Assembly: GCA_965216785.1 (NCBI GenBank)
Contig: OZ244197.1
Location: 1 to 64,000, forward strand
Length of the DNA: 64,000 nucleotides
Source of the DNA: Thermodesulfobacteriota bacterium
GTDB lineage: Bacteria > Desulfobacterota_D > UBA1144 > Nemesobacterales > UBA2774
Direction: 5' to 3'
Positions 1 through 9,769 of the stretch are shown here, piece after piece. Within the stretch, counting starts at the first letter, position 1, and each line of letters begins with the position of its first letter. The notes beneath the pieces are model-generated. The model was not told where the DNA came from. It did no database searches and worked only from the letters and a program-made list of their open reading frames with translations. The position numbers were made by a program, and so were the translations under genes.

Positions 1-217
1 ATCTAGATTTGGTCATGGTATGGTCACACCCTACTAATTCCCTTTCTTTTTTAGAAAGTCAGTACAACCAAATATATTGAAGAAAAAAACGAAGTCAAAT
101 AAACGTCTTGCGCCGCAAATTTAAAACTAAGACATTTGACAAAGGTTAATTCTGGTGAAAAAATTTATGGGCTATTCTATAATTAGATTAGGTTTGATAA
201 CATAAGTAGGTGAAATT

Positions 218-1153
218 GTGATTTTTTCTGAATACTCAAAATACAGTAAAAATGGACCAGTGATCTCATTTGAGATATTTCCGCCCAAGACTGCTAAAGG
301 AATGGATAATCTCTATAATGTCATAAGTGACCTGGTAGAACTCAGACCCGACTACATTACCGTAACTTACGGAGCCATGGGTACTACCCGAGATAAGACA
401 CTGGAAATAGCCACGCTGATTAAAGACAAATTCAAGGTCGATTCCGCGTGTCACCTCACATGCGTAGGCTCTTCGAGAAAGGAGCTAGACACCATACTCT
501 CGCTCATCTACGACGCCGGAATTAGAAACATCGTTGCCATACGGGGAGATCCCCCTTCGGGAGAAAGCAGCTTTGTAGCTCCCGAGGACGGCTACAAATA
601 CGGAAGCGAGCTTGTCGGGCATATAAGAGCATTTGAGGCGGAGAGGCAAATGAAAGGGTATTTCGGTATCGCAGTGGGCGGGTACCCCGAAAAACACCTT
701 GAAGCAAGTGACATTGAGACAGACATCGAGAACCTAAAGCTCAAGGTAGTGGCCGGTGCGGACATAGTGAAAACCCAGTTGTTTTTTGACAATTCATATT
801 ATTTCGAGTTCGTAGACAGGGTCAGGAGCGCGGGAATCACCGTACCTATCATACCGGGATTGATGCCCATCTTGTCTGCGAAGCAGATAGAGCGCATTAC
901 CTCTATGTGCGGCTCATCCATACCTCTTGAGCTCAAAATTAAGCTTGATGAAGCAAAGGGTGATGACGATAAGGAACGTACTATCGGAGTTTCCCAGTGC
1001 ATCAAACAGGCAAAGGAGCTGCTCGATTCAGGGGTTCCCGGACTACATTTTTATGTTTTAAATAAGTCTGAGCACATGAAGGAAATCATTCAGTCCTTAG
1101 GGGTCGGAAGCTACAAACAAAGCTCTGACAAATACGCTCAAAGCAATCCATAA
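218..1153 (+). CDS. metF: 5,10-methylenetetrahydrofolate reductase
   Basis: SFEIFPPK, VTYGAMG, HLTC, AIRGDPP, GYPEKH, TQLFFDN and GLHFYVLN motifs; GTG start. Confidence 0.95.
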   Translation: MIFSEYSKYSKNGPVISFEIFPPKTAKGMDNLYNVISDLVELRPDYITVTYGAMGTTRDKTLEIATLIKDKFKVDSACHLTCVGSSRKELDTILSLIYDAGIRNIVAIRGDPPSGESSFVAPEDGYKYGSELVGHIRAFEAERQMKGYFGIAVGGYPEKHLEASDIETDIENLKLKVVAGADIVKTQLFFDNSYYFEFVDRVRSAGITVPIIPGLMPILSAKQIERITSMCGSSIPLELKIKLDEAKGDDDKERTIGVSQCIKQAKELLDSGVPGLHFYVLNKSEHMKEIIQSLGVGSYKQSSDKYAQSNP

Positions 1154-1177
1154 TAAATAACGTTTTATATAAATCTT

Positions 1178-1867
1178 ATGCCGCAAACAGTCCCGCTATT
1201 TAATAAAGTTGCAAAACACTACGACTCCCTGAACACGTTCTTCAGTCTGGGCATGGACACCTTATGGAGAAAAAAGCTGGCTCAGGAGTTAAGCGGCTCA
1301 AACTCTATACTCGATATAGCCACAGGCACAGGAGAAGTGGCCATTCAGATGGTAAAAAACCTAAGCGGCGTTAAAGTTACCGGACTTGACCCGAGCTCGG
1401 GGATGCTGGAGCTGGCTAGAGACAAAATTAACGCGCCCGGATTAATTGATAGAATTTCATTAATTCAAGGATCGGCGGAAAACCTTCCTTTTGGTGACGA
1501 AAGCTTTGACGCCGTATCTATTGCATTTGGAATCAGAAATACTCAGAACCCGCTAAAGTCTCTCTCAGAGATGAGCAGGGTACTGAGACCCGGGGGTAGA
1601 GCCGGTATTATGGAATTCGCAATCCCCGAGCACAGGCTCTTTAAACCTCTATATCTTTTCTATTTCAGAAACATATTGCCGCTTGTGGCTTCGGTATTCG
1701 GAAATAAAAATGAGTACAAATACCTCTCAGACTCAACCTCTGCCTTCCCGCAAAGACAAGGTTTTATAAAATTGATGGAACAATCCGGCCTCAGAGTGGA
1801 AAAAACAGTCGAGCTTATGCTCGGAATTGTAATTATTTATGTGGGCGTGAATGATCCGGAAAGTTAA
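1178..1867 (+). CDS. ubiE: ubiquinone/menaquinone biosynthesis C-methyltransferase (UbiE/MenG)
   Basis: F..VA..YD..N, LDIATGTG SAM motif, AENLPF.D.SFD, FGIRN, YKYL.DS. Confidence 0.9.
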   Translation: MPQTVPLFNKVAKHYDSLNTFFSLGMDTLWRKKLAQELSGSNSILDIATGTGEVAIQMVKNLSGVKVTGLDPSSGMLELARDKINAPGLIDRISLIQGSAENLPFGDESFDAVSIAFGIRNTQNPLKSLSEMSRVLRPGGRAGIMEFAIPEHRLFKPLYLFYFRNILPLVASVFGNKNEYKYLSDSTSAFPQRQGFIKLMEQSGLRVEKTVELMLGIVIIYVGVNDPES

Positions 1868-1877
1868 TACACAATTT

Positions 1878-2516
1878 TTAGGGAGCAAGACGCTCTATTA
1901 CCCAATTCCCCGAATCCTCTAGTCTATACAGGAGCCTGTCGTGTAGCCTGTCGGGCCTACCCTGCCAAAACTCAATCGTTCTTGGCACCAATACATAACC
2001 TTGCCAATATGGAGGCCTTGGAATATCTTTTCCCTCGTAGAGTTTCTCAATCTCACGGTAACGGCTTTCTAAAACATCCCTATTATCAATTACACTGCTT
2101 TGATGCGATGCCCATGCCCCAATTTGACTGCCCCTCGGTCTGCTGGCAAAATACGAATCCGCGGCACTTGCATCAGTCTGCTTGACCTCTCCTTCAATAC
2201 GAATCTGACGCTCGAGCTTTCCCCACCAAAAACAGATTGAGGCGTTTTTATTACCGCATAAATCACTTCCTTTTTTGCTTTCTGAATTTGTATAAAACAC
2301 AAACCCATTTTCATCAAAGTCCTTCATGAGAAGCATCCTAGCGGAAGGTCTTTGGTCTTCAGCACAAGTTGCAAGACAAAATGCGTTTGGATGAACCAGG
2401 TCTTCATTCTGAGCTGTTTCAAACCACTTCCCAAACTGAACAAAGGGGTTTGGGTCAAGATCTTCCTCTCTAAGCTCATAAAGCTCATACTGCTCGTTTT
2501 GGTAGTTTTTATTCAT
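1878..2516 (-). CDS. pdxH: pyridoxamine 5'-phosphate oxidase
   Basis: PSARMLL, FYTN..S.KG, RQIRIEG, YF.SRPR.SQIGAWAS.QS, EFWQGR..RLHDR, W...RLAP. Confidence 0.96.
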   Translation of the reverse strand: MNKNYQNEQYELYELREEDLDPNPFVQFGKWFETAQNEDLVHPNAFCLATCAEDQRPSARMLLMKDFDENGFVFYTNSESKKGSDLCGNKNASICFWWGKLERQIRIEGEVKQTDASAADSYFASRPRGSQIGAWASHQSSVIDNRDVLESRYREIEKLYEGKDIPRPPYWQGYVLVPRTIEFWQGRPDRLHDRLLYRLEDSGNWVIERLAP

Positions 2517-2533
2517 AGTTATTACCTGTAATC

Positions 2534-3427
2534 CTATTTAAGAATTTCCTCTAGTGCGCCATCTAATCTTGCATACTTAAACTTATAACCAGTCTCCAAA
2601 AGTTTCTTCGGCTCCACCCGCACACTCGACAAAAGAGCCTCATCTGCCATCTCGCCAAAAAGAGCTCGTGCCGCAAAAGAAGGCAGCGGCAGCACAGTAG
2701 GGCGCCCCAGTGCTTCACCCAGATCATTTGTGAATTCGCTATTTGTTACACTTCCCGGCGCCACTATGTTTACCGGTCCCAGAACTTTTTCATTTTCGAT
2801 ACAATGAAATACTGCCCCTACTACGTCCTCAAGCGCGATCCAGCTCCAATACTGCTTACCGTCCCCTATTCTCCCTCCAAGGCCCAATTTAAATGGCAGA
2901 AGCATCTCATTAAGAGCCCCTCCGTCCTTACTTAGCACCACACCTATTCTCAAATTCACAACCCTTATTCCGGCTTTAACAAGCGGCTCTAGCGCGGCTT
3001 CCCACTTCACGCATAGATCGGGGAAGAATCCCTCACCCGGACCAGACTCCTCTGTCAGCACTTCGTCCCCGCGGTCTCCGTAAAACCCAACTGCGGAAGC
3101 GGCTACGACAACATTCGGTTTAGATCTGAGCTTTAAGAGAGAATCGGCAAGCAGTTCCGAGCTCAATAGACGGCTGCTCTGAATCCTCCTCTTCTTCTCA
3201 GGGGTCCACCTTCCCGTAATAGTCTCTCCAGCAAGATTTATAACCGCTTCGTGCCCTTCAAGAGAGTTAAGGTCTATTTCCCCTTTATCCGGGTCCCAGT
3301 AGCCCTGGCTCTTAAATAGTAAAGCATTTGAGCGCGTGAGGCCGGTGAAAGTATCCCCGCTCTTTTGTATCTGCTGTATTATTGCATTGCCCAATAGACC
3401 CGTAGGCCCTGTGATTAGTATATTCAT
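2534..3427 (-). CDS. TIGR01777/YfcH-type NAD-dependent epimerase family protein
   Basis: TG.TG.LG Rossmann motif, INLAGE, ASAVGFYG, FKLGLGG..G.G.Q..SWI, P..L...GY.F. Confidence 0.9.
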   Translation of the reverse strand: MNILITGPTGLLGNAIIQQIQKSGDTFTGLTRSNALLFKSQGYWDPDKGEIDLNSLEGHEAVINLAGETITGRWTPEKKRRIQSSRLLSSELLADSLLKLRSKPNVVVAASAVGFYGDRGDEVLTEESGPGEGFFPDLCVKWEAALEPLVKAGIRVVNLRIGVVLSKDGGALNEMLLPFKLGLGGRIGDGKQYWSWIALEDVVGAVFHCIENEKVLGPVNIVAPGSVTNSEFTNDLGEALGRPTVLPLPSFAARALFGEMADEALLSSVRVEPKKLLETGYKFKYARLDGALEEILK

Positions 3428-3494
3428 AGACTTCAGAGACTAAGAAAATTCGGGAATAAGGATAGCATAAAGGAGCGTTTAGTGTAGTAGCACA

Positions 3495-4508
3495 TCAGGA
3501 GGAGAATGTATCTAAAATCGCTTTTTGATACTCCCTTACCTCATCAAAGTCAAGATAGTAGTGCGGGGCACTGAGTATGGGCAAGTCTATAAAGTCCAGG
3601 TATTCCTCTACCCTCTTTCTGCATTCTTCCGGTGCTCCGACAATAGCAAAGGTATCGACCATATCATCCGACACGTTCTCAACCATACCCTCTACGTCAC
3701 GGTTAAAGAAAGCCTCTCTGATCTTAGCCGTTTCATTTTCAAATCCGTGAAGCTTAAAAGGGGGCTCGTAAGTCCTTACAGTCGCATAGAACGCGATCGT
3801 AGCGCGGGCTGCCTGCCTGGCCCGCTTCTTATCTTGAGATACGGCGCATGTGATTATCGAAGCATTCGTAAAATTACCCGGGTCTTTGCCGCCGTTTTTA
3901 AGCCCCAGCTCAAGGCTCTTAGACACCACCTCCTTTAAATAGCGGAGCGAGCAAACAACGTGTCCGATATACCCATCGGCAACTTCCCCAGCAGCCTGAG
4001 TCATTTTTGCCCCTACCCCGGCAAGAAATACCGGGATACTATCCCTCTCCGGTTTAAAGGCTCTGTGATATCCCCTGGTACTAATATTGTAAAATTCCCC
4101 TTCATAGCTAATTGGTCCTTCCAGGTGAGAAGCACCTATTATATGCCTTATCACCTCGATACACTCCTTTATCCTGGTTACGGGCTTACCGTGGGTAAGT
4201 CCGTGCCACAGTTCATTTGTGCGCTTGGCCCCTGAGCCTAGACCCAATAAAAGCCTTCCCTGTGAGACCTCGTCCAGATCAAGCGCCGTGAGTGATGTGA
4301 TTAAAGGGGAGCGTACGAACGCAAGCGCTACTGCTGTGCCGAGTTTTATTCCCTGAGTTTCCGCGGCTACCGCAGCCAGCTGCTGAAAAGAAGTGCGGTA
4401 TAGCTCCGTTGCCCAGACAGAGTCAAACCCTGCGTCCTCAGCCTCCTTAGCTAAGGAGACGATATCTGATATTCGGTCTCCGTCCAATATTAATCCTACA
4501 GGCTTCAC
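3495..4508 (-). CDS. luciferase-like (LLM class) oxidoreductase, probably F420-dependent
   Basis: AE.AGFDSVW..E, LGTAVA.AF.RSP, GRL.LGLG, AGEVADG; cofactor is inferred. Confidence 0.8.
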   Translation of the reverse strand: MKPVGLILDGDRISDIVSLAKEAEDAGFDSVWATELYRTSFQQLAAVAAETQGIKLGTAVALAFVRSPLITSLTALDLDEVSQGRLLLGLGSGAKRTNELWHGLTHGKPVTRIKECIEVIRHIIGASHLEGPISYEGEFYNISTRGYHRAFKPERDSIPVFLAGVGAKMTQAAGEVADGYIGHVVCSLRYLKEVVSKSLELGLKNGGKDPGNFTNASIITCAVSQDKKRARQAARATIAFYATVRTYEPPFKLHGFENETAKIREAFFNRDVEGMVENVSDDMVDTFAIVGAPEECRKRVEEYLDFIDLPILSAPHYYLDFDEVREYQKAILDTFSS

Positions 4509-4531
4509 TGATTAGACCTTCCTTTTGACAT

Positions 4532-4560
4532 AAAAAAAGGCGACCGTTCGGGCCGCCTTT
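4532..4560 (-). terminator. rho-independent terminator after rplQ (end of alpha operon)
   Basis: minus strand reads AAAGGCGGCC-CGAAC-GGTCGCC followed by T7. Confidence 0.8.
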
Positions 4561-4614
4561 AGGATAACTTAGTTTTAGCTTTTTCTCTCGTAATTCAGAT
4601 AATACTTGAACCCG

Positions 4615-5427
4615 TCAGTCCTCTTTCTTTTCAGTCTCTTCTGAAGAATCGGGAGCAGCCTCTGTATCTTCTGCCGGCGCTTCAGCTTCCTCAGCCGTAG
4701 CTTCAGGTTCTTCTGTGGTTTCCTCAGGCGTTGCATCTTCAGCGCTTTGAGCTTGTGCTTCCTCAGGCTCTTCAGGAGCTTCTTCTGCTTTTGCTTCCGG
4801 CTCTTCCGCCGCTTCTTCAACAGGAGCTTCTTTGGCTTCCGGCGCTTCATCTTGAGTTTTAACTTCAGGTGCTTCTGGAGCTTCTTTGGCTTCTGTTTCA
4901 GCAGCGGTATCGACAGCCTCCGCTGCTGCTTTTGCTTTTGCTTCCTCTTCCTCTATCAGTCCCAGCTCTTCGGCCGATTCCTTCTTCGAGCTCTTCGCCG
5001 TATCTTTCTTAGCCTTAGGTTTTGTTGTTTTTGTTGGCGCCTTCTTCTTTTTCTTCTTCTTAGGCTTAAACTCTTCTTCAACCAGCTCAATTAGAGAAAT
5101 CGGGCTGTTGTCACCTTTTCTAAATCCGAGCTTAATAATTCTGGTGTATCCCCCAGGGCGGTCTTTGAACTTCTCCGCAATCTCAGAAAAGAGCTTTTTT
5201 AGTACTTCGTTGTCTCTAATGTACGCGCCAGCCTGTCTTCTTTTATGAAGACTTCCATCCTTTGCCAGCGTTATGAGCTTTTCAGCAACCCTTCTCAGCT
5301 CTTTTGCCCTCGTATCGGTCGTTCTCAATCTATCGTAACGAAACAGATCCGTAACCATATTTCGGAGCATAGCTTTTCTATGTTTAGTAGTAACACCGAG
5401 TTTTCGTCCTAGTCTTTTATGTCTCAT
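4615..5427 (-). CDS. rplQ: 50S ribosomal protein L17 with ~150-aa low-complexity C-terminal extension
   Basis: MRH...GRKLG...[16 protein letters not shown]; follows rpoA. Confidence 0.97.
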   Translation of the reverse strand: MRHKRLGRKLGVTTKHRKAMLRNMVTDLFRYDRLRTTDTRAKELRRVAEKLITLAKDGSLHKRRQAGAYIRDNEVLKKLFSEIAEKFKDRPGGYTRIIKLGFRKGDNSPISLIELVEEEFKPKKKKKKKAPTKTTKPKAKKDTAKSSKKESAEELGLIEEEEAKAKAAAEAVDTAAETEAKEAPEAPEVKTQDEAPEAKEAPVEEAAEEPEAKAEEAPEEPEEAQAQSAEDATPEETTEEPEATAEEAEAPAEDTEAAPDSSEETEKKED

Positions 5428-5456
5428 ATCTCTTTCTCCGATTCAGTTCTGTTTCC

Positions 5457-6488
5457 TTACTGAGAAACCATTCTCTCGCTTCTTTTTAATTTTTCGGCAT
5501 CAAACACTTCCTGATCTATCTTAAGCCCCAAGTCAAGTCCCATTTCCTCAAGCCTCTCCTTGATCTCATATAACGAACGCTTACCGAAATTCTCTAAATT
5601 CAGGAGATCTTCCTCAGATTTCTGAACTAAATCACCCGAGTACTCGACCCCCGCTTTTCTTAAACAGTTAAGTGAGCGAGCGGACAGGTCCATCTCCTCA
5701 ATCGTATTGAATAGTATCTCTTCAGTTCCTTTAATTTCCTGTGTTTCTTCACTCTCAGGCACTTCGTCAACTTCTGACTCATCGAAATTGATGAATACCG
5801 ACAGCTGGTACTTCACGATCTTGGCAGCATATGCAAGCGCGTCCTCAGGAAGTATGGTTCCGTTTGTCCATATTTCGAGCGTGAGTTTCTGGTAGTCTGT
5901 GCGTCTCCCTACACGCGCGTTGGTTACTGCGTAGTTTACTTTTCGAACAGGTGAGAAAAGAGCGTCAATAGGAATCACCCCAATTGTAGTCTGAAGCTCG
6001 CCTCTTCTCTCGACAGGCTCGTATCCCCTGCCCATTTCCACTGTCATTTCCATCTCAAGCTTTGAGCCTTCCGCCAAGGTGGCGATGTGATGGTCCGGGT
6101 TTAGTATCTCTACGTTATGCCCGAGCTCTATATCGCCTGCTTTAATATCGCATTCACCCTCTGCGCTTACTGTAATGATCTGCGGCTCGTAGGTATGCAT
6201 CTTAAGCTCAAGACCCTTTAAGTTCAGTATTATCTCAGTAACATCCTCTTTTACCCCGGGAATAGAAGAAAACTCGTGCAGCACACCGTCTATCTTTATG
6301 GAGGTCACAGCAGGTCCCTGGATGGAGGAAAGGAGTACTCTTCTGAGCGCGTTTCCGAGTGTGACGCCGTAACCGCGCTCAAGCGGCTCGCAAACAAACT
6401 TCGAGTATAGCTGGGTCGCGCTCTTCTCTTCCCTTTCTATTCTTTTAGGCTTAATAAGATCTTGCCAATTCTTTTGAAAATCCTTCAC
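5457..6488 (-). CDS. rpoA: RNA polymerase subunit alpha
   Basis: EPLERGYG.TLGNALRRVLLSS, HEFS.IPGV.EDV, DA.FSPV, alpha-CTD LSARS.NCL and NFGKRSL.EI. Confidence 0.98.
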   Translation of the reverse strand: MKDFQKNWQDLIKPKRIEREEKSATQLYSKFVCEPLERGYGVTLGNALRRVLLSSIQGPAVTSIKIDGVLHEFSSIPGVKEDVTEIILNLKGLELKMHTYEPQIITVSAEGECDIKAGDIELGHNVEILNPDHHIATLAEGSKLEMEMTVEMGRGYEPVERRGELQTTIGVIPIDALFSPVRKVNYAVTNARVGRRTDYQKLTLEIWTNGTILPEDALAYAAKIVKYQLSVFINFDESEVDEVPESEETQEIKGTEEILFNTIEEMDLSARSLNCLRKAGVEYSGDLVQKSEEDLLNLENFGKRSLYEIKERLEEMGLDLGLKIDQEVFDAEKLKRSERMVSQ

Positions 6489-6562
6489 CTTGATCCCTCC
6501 GTATTAAAGAAATCTGACATTGTTGCACCTATAAATCCTTTTGCAATATTTAAATAAAACAA

Positions 6563-7195
6563 TTACACCCGTGAATAAAACTCAACGACCAACTGCTCGT
6601 CAATCGGGAACGTTACGTCATCACGCTCAGGCGCCCTAAGTACTGTGCCCGAGTAGCTCTCTTCGTCCAGCTCAAGCCATTCCGGCACGCCTCTGCGGGC
6701 ACGAAATTGCAGCGCTTCGTTTATTCTCTGAAGTTTTTTGCTCTTATCTTTGATTTGAATCTTATCGCCTTCTTTAACTTGATAAGATGGGATATTTAAT
6801 GTCTGGCCGTTCACTAATATATGCTTGTGACTCACAAGCTGCCTGGCGTCATTTCTAGAGCTGCCGAGACAGAGCCTGAACACTACGTTATCAAGTCTGC
6901 GCTCAAGAAGCGAAATCAAGATAGAACCGGTAACACCTTTTATGTGAGACGCCTTCTTAAAATATTTCGCAAACTGTTTTTCTCTAAGACCATACATTCT
7001 TTTTACTTTTTGTTTTTCTCTAAGCCTCACCCCGTACTCAGAGAACTTACTTCTAAACTTGCCGTGTTCTCCTGGCACCTGGTCAGGTCTTCTTTCAATG
7101 GCCGTTTTTCCGTTATAGCTCCTCTCCCCTTTTAGGAAAAGGTTAACTCCCTCTCTTCTCGACAGCTTATCTGTTGGCCCGGTATATCTACCCAT
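6563..7195 (-). CDS. rpsD: 30S ribosomal protein S4
   Basis: RYTGP...SRREG, LREKQK, LE.RLDNVVFR, ARQLVSH, VVEFYSR. Confidence 0.98.
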   Translation of the reverse strand: MGRYTGPTDKLSRREGVNLFLKGERSYNGKTAIERRPDQVPGEHGKFRSKFSEYGVRLREKQKVKRMYGLREKQFAKYFKKASHIKGVTGSILISLLERRLDNVVFRLCLGSSRNDARQLVSHKHILVNGQTLNIPSYQVKEGDKIQIKDKSKKLQRINEALQFRARRGVPEWLELDEESYSGTVLRAPERDDVTFPIDEQLVVEFYSRV

Positions 7196-7246
7196 ATTGC
7201 AGTCAAACCTCCTTGGTAAAGCTATAAGCTATATAGTTGCGCATTG

Positions 7247-7633
7247 TTATACCCTTCTTCTCCCGGGCGGTCTGCACCCGTTGTGAGGTATTGGGGTAAC
7301 GTCTCTTATAAAAGTAATTTTAAGTCCTGAAGCCTGTATCGACCTTATCGCCGGCTCTCTCCCCGGACCCGGTCCTTTAACATAAACAGATACGCTCTTC
7401 ATACCCACGGAGGACGCTTTCTTAGCTACATCCTCTGCAGCCATCTGAGCTGCAAACGGCGTTCCCTTTCTCGTTCCCTTAAACCCCTTCGTGCCGCCGC
7501 TCGACCACGCGACCACATTTCCGCCGTTATCGCTTATTGATATTATCGTGTTGTTAAAAGTAGCCCGAATATTCACTACTCCCTGCTCCACGAACTTTTT
7601 TGCTTTCTTTTTTCCTACTTTCTTAGTAGCCAT
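7247..7633 (-). CDS. rpsK: 30S ribosomal protein S11
   Basis: [37 protein letters not shown]. Confidence 0.98.
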   Translation of the reverse strand: MATKKVGKKKAKKFVEQGVVNIRATFNNTIISISDNGGNVVAWSSGGTKGFKGTRKGTPFAAQMAAEDVAKKASSVGMKSVSVYVKGPGPGREPAIRSIQASGLKITFIRDVTPIPHNGCRPPGRRRV

Positions 7634-7655
7634 CTCATATCTCCGAAATTACAGA

Positions 7656-8036
7656 TTATTTACCAGCCTTCTTCTTTTTGGCAATCGCTGTGCCGCGAGG
7701 CCCTTTTCTCGTTCTTGCGTTCGATTTAGTTTTCTGGCCCCTTGAAGGAAGACCGGTTCTATGCCTAACTCCACGGTAACAGCCAATCTCGATCAACCGT
7801 CTGATATTGGACTGAACCTCTTTTCGAAGCTCTCCCTCAACAGTGTATTTTTGCTCTAATAATTCTCTTATCGAAGCAACTTCCTGATCGGTCAGTTCGT
7901 CTGATTTTTTATTCCCGTCAATATTAGCTTCTTTTAATATTTCGGCTGATAAAGCGTTCCCTATACCGTATATGTATGTGAGGCCGACTACTATTCTTTT
8001 ATTGAGCGGAATATCAACGCCCGCAATCCTAGGCAT
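7656..8036 (-). CDS. rpsM: 30S ribosomal protein S13
   Basis: [38 protein letters not shown]. Confidence 0.98.
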   Translation of the reverse strand: MPRIAGVDIPLNKRIVVGLTYIYGIGNALSAEILKEANIDGNKKSDELTDQEVASIRELLEQKYTVEGELRKEVQSNIRRLIEIGCYRGVRHRTGLPSRGQKTKSNARTRKGPRGTAIAKKKKAGK

Positions 8037-8048
8037 ACAGTTGCCCTC

Positions 8049-8162
8049 CTACCCTTGTTTTTGTTTGTGTCGTTTGTTCGAGCATATAACCCGTACGACA
8101 CCCTTTCTTTTTATTATTCTGCATTTATCACAAATCTTTTTAACCGATGCTCTTACTTTCAT
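8049..8162 (-). CDS. rpmJ: 50S ribosomal protein L36 (Zn-binding type); not in the ORF track
   Basis: hand translation [37 protein letters not shown]. Confidence 0.97.
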   Translation of the reverse strand: MKVRASVKKICDKCRIIKRKGVVRVICSNKRHKQKQG

Positions 8163-8198
8163 TTCATTTTACCTCTTGCAATGTCCATTAGCTCTTAA

Positions 8199-8420
8199 TC
8201 ATTTTTTCAATCTATATGTTATTCTGCCCTTCGTAAGATCGTAGGGCGATAGCTCAAGCTTCACTTTATCTCCGGGCAGTATGCGTATAAACCTGGTCCT
8301 CATCTTACCTGACACATACGCAAGCACTTCGTGGCCGCCCTCAACCTCAACTCTGAACATCGCGTTAGGAAGCGCTTCAAGTACCGTACCCTCAAACTCT
8401 ATTCTTTCTTCTTTTGCCAT
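8199..8420 (-). CDS. infA: translation initiation factor IF-1
   Basis: [35 protein letters not shown]. Confidence 0.98.
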   Translation of the reverse strand: MAKEERIEFEGTVLEALPNAMFRVEVEGGHEVLAYVSGKMRTRFIRILPGDKVKLELSPYDLTKGRITYRLKK

Positions 8421-8429
8421 AAGTTATGT

Positions 8430-9188
8430 TTACTGCGTTAATATTTGAGGCCCGTCTTCCGTAACCGCAACCGTATGCTCGAAATGAGCAGACAGTGTAC
8501 CGTCCACAGTCACTGCCGTCCAGCCGTCTTTGAGTATTTTAATATCTGGGCGGCCGACGTTCACCATTGGCTCTATTGCAATCACCATTCCGGGTTTTAA
8601 CTTAACCCCCTTTGCGTGACTCCCGTTCTCGGGAACAAAATTCGGCACCTGCGGCTCTTCATGGAGCTTGGTGCCTATTCCGTGCCCTACAAAAGACCTT
8701 ACTATCGAAAATCCCTTATTCTCTACATAAGATTGAATTGCCCTTGATATATCGAACAGCCTGTTCTTTGTCGTTGCCTCATCTATCCCCTTAAGTAAAG
8801 ACGCCTCTGTCACTTTGAGCAGATTTTGCGCCAGCGTAGAAACCTCGCCCACGGGAACCGTTACGGCCGAGTCCCCAAAATATCCGTCTAGAATCACTCC
8901 GAAATCAAGCCCGACTATATCACCTTCCTTTAAAAGTTTCTTCTTGGAAGGTATTCCGTGTACCACTTCATTATTTACCGCAAAACACACGGATCCCGGG
9001 TAATCAGAGTACCCTTTAAAAGCCGGCTTAGCACCGTTCTTAATAGCATTTTCCTCAGCCATTCTATCCAAATCCCAGGTCGATATTCCAGGCTCAACAG
9101 ATTCTTTGAGCTTGCCGAGCGTTTCAACAACTATTTGAGCGGCTGAGCGCATCTTTTCTATTTCTTCTTTACTCTTTAAATGAATCAT
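8430..9188 (-). CDS. map: methionine aminopeptidase type I
   Basis: N.EVVHGIP, GHGIG..LHEEPQVPN, AIEPMVN, DGWT, SAHFEHT. Confidence 0.97.
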   Translation of the reverse strand: MIHLKSKEEIEKMRSAAQIVVETLGKLKESVEPGISTWDLDRMAEENAIKNGAKPAFKGYSDYPGSVCFAVNNEVVHGIPSKKKLLKEGDIVGLDFGVILDGYFGDSAVTVPVGEVSTLAQNLLKVTEASLLKGIDEATTKNRLFDISRAIQSYVENKGFSIVRSFVGHGIGTKLHEEPQVPNFVPENGSHAKGVKLKPGMVIAIEPMVNVGRPDIKILKDGWTAVTVDGTLSAHFEHTVAVTEDGPQILTQ

Positions 9189-9190
9189 GC

Positions 9191-9757
9191 CTATATGCCT
9201 TGCAGTACCTTATCGATTCTGCCGAACACCTCTTCGATACTTCCCATCCCGTCTACTTCTTTTAGTACTCCCTGATTATCATAATAAGATTTAAGCGGCT
9301 CTGTTTGATCACGATAGACCTGGAGACGGTTTTTAACCACTTCTTCAGTATCGTCCTCTCTGCCCTCAAGCTTCTGCCTCTCTAATATTCTGTCTATTAT
9401 TTCAGAGTCTATGACCTCGATCGACACTACAGCGTCTATCGACACTCCCTCACTTTGGAGCATCTGGGTCAGCGCCTCGGCCTGTCCCACTGTGCGAGGG
9501 AAACCATCTAACATAAAGCCCTTTTGCGCGTCGCTTTCTTTTATCCTGTCTTTTATTATTCCTATAACCACACTGTCAGGAACAAGCTCTCCCTTATCCA
9601 TATAGGACTTGGCCAGCTCCCCAAGCTCGGTGCCGTTTTTAACAGCGGCTCTAAGCATATCGCCTGTAGAGATGTGCGCCGTCGCATATTTATCTGCAAT
9701 GTTCTTAGCCTGAGTTCCTTTTCCCGCCCCGGGCGGTCCAAATAGTATTAATCTCAT
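9191..9757 (-). CDS. adk: adenylate kinase (short, LID-less form)
   Basis: GPPGAGKGTQA, HISTGDMLR, LDGFPRT, GREDD. Confidence 0.96.
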   Translation of the reverse strand: MRLILFGPPGAGKGTQAKNIADKYATAHISTGDMLRAAVKNGTELGELAKSYMDKGELVPDSVVIGIIKDRIKESDAQKGFMLDGFPRTVGQAEALTQMLQSEGVSIDAVVSIEVIDSEIIDRILERQKLEGREDDTEEVVKNRLQVYRDQTEPLKSYYDNQGVLKEVDGMGSIEEVFGRIDKVLQGI

Positions 9758-9769
9758 CGTATTATTCCA

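Noticed and set aside
1-217. SAM riboswitch upstream of metF; possible minus-strand gene start (MTKSR) at 1-16
   Set aside because: No riboswitch consensus visible; the fragment is too short to call
4575-5248. Alternative-frame ORFs over the rplQ tail, and the many short antisense ORFs across the window
   Set aside because: Shadows of real genes or low-complexity sequence; no family motifs
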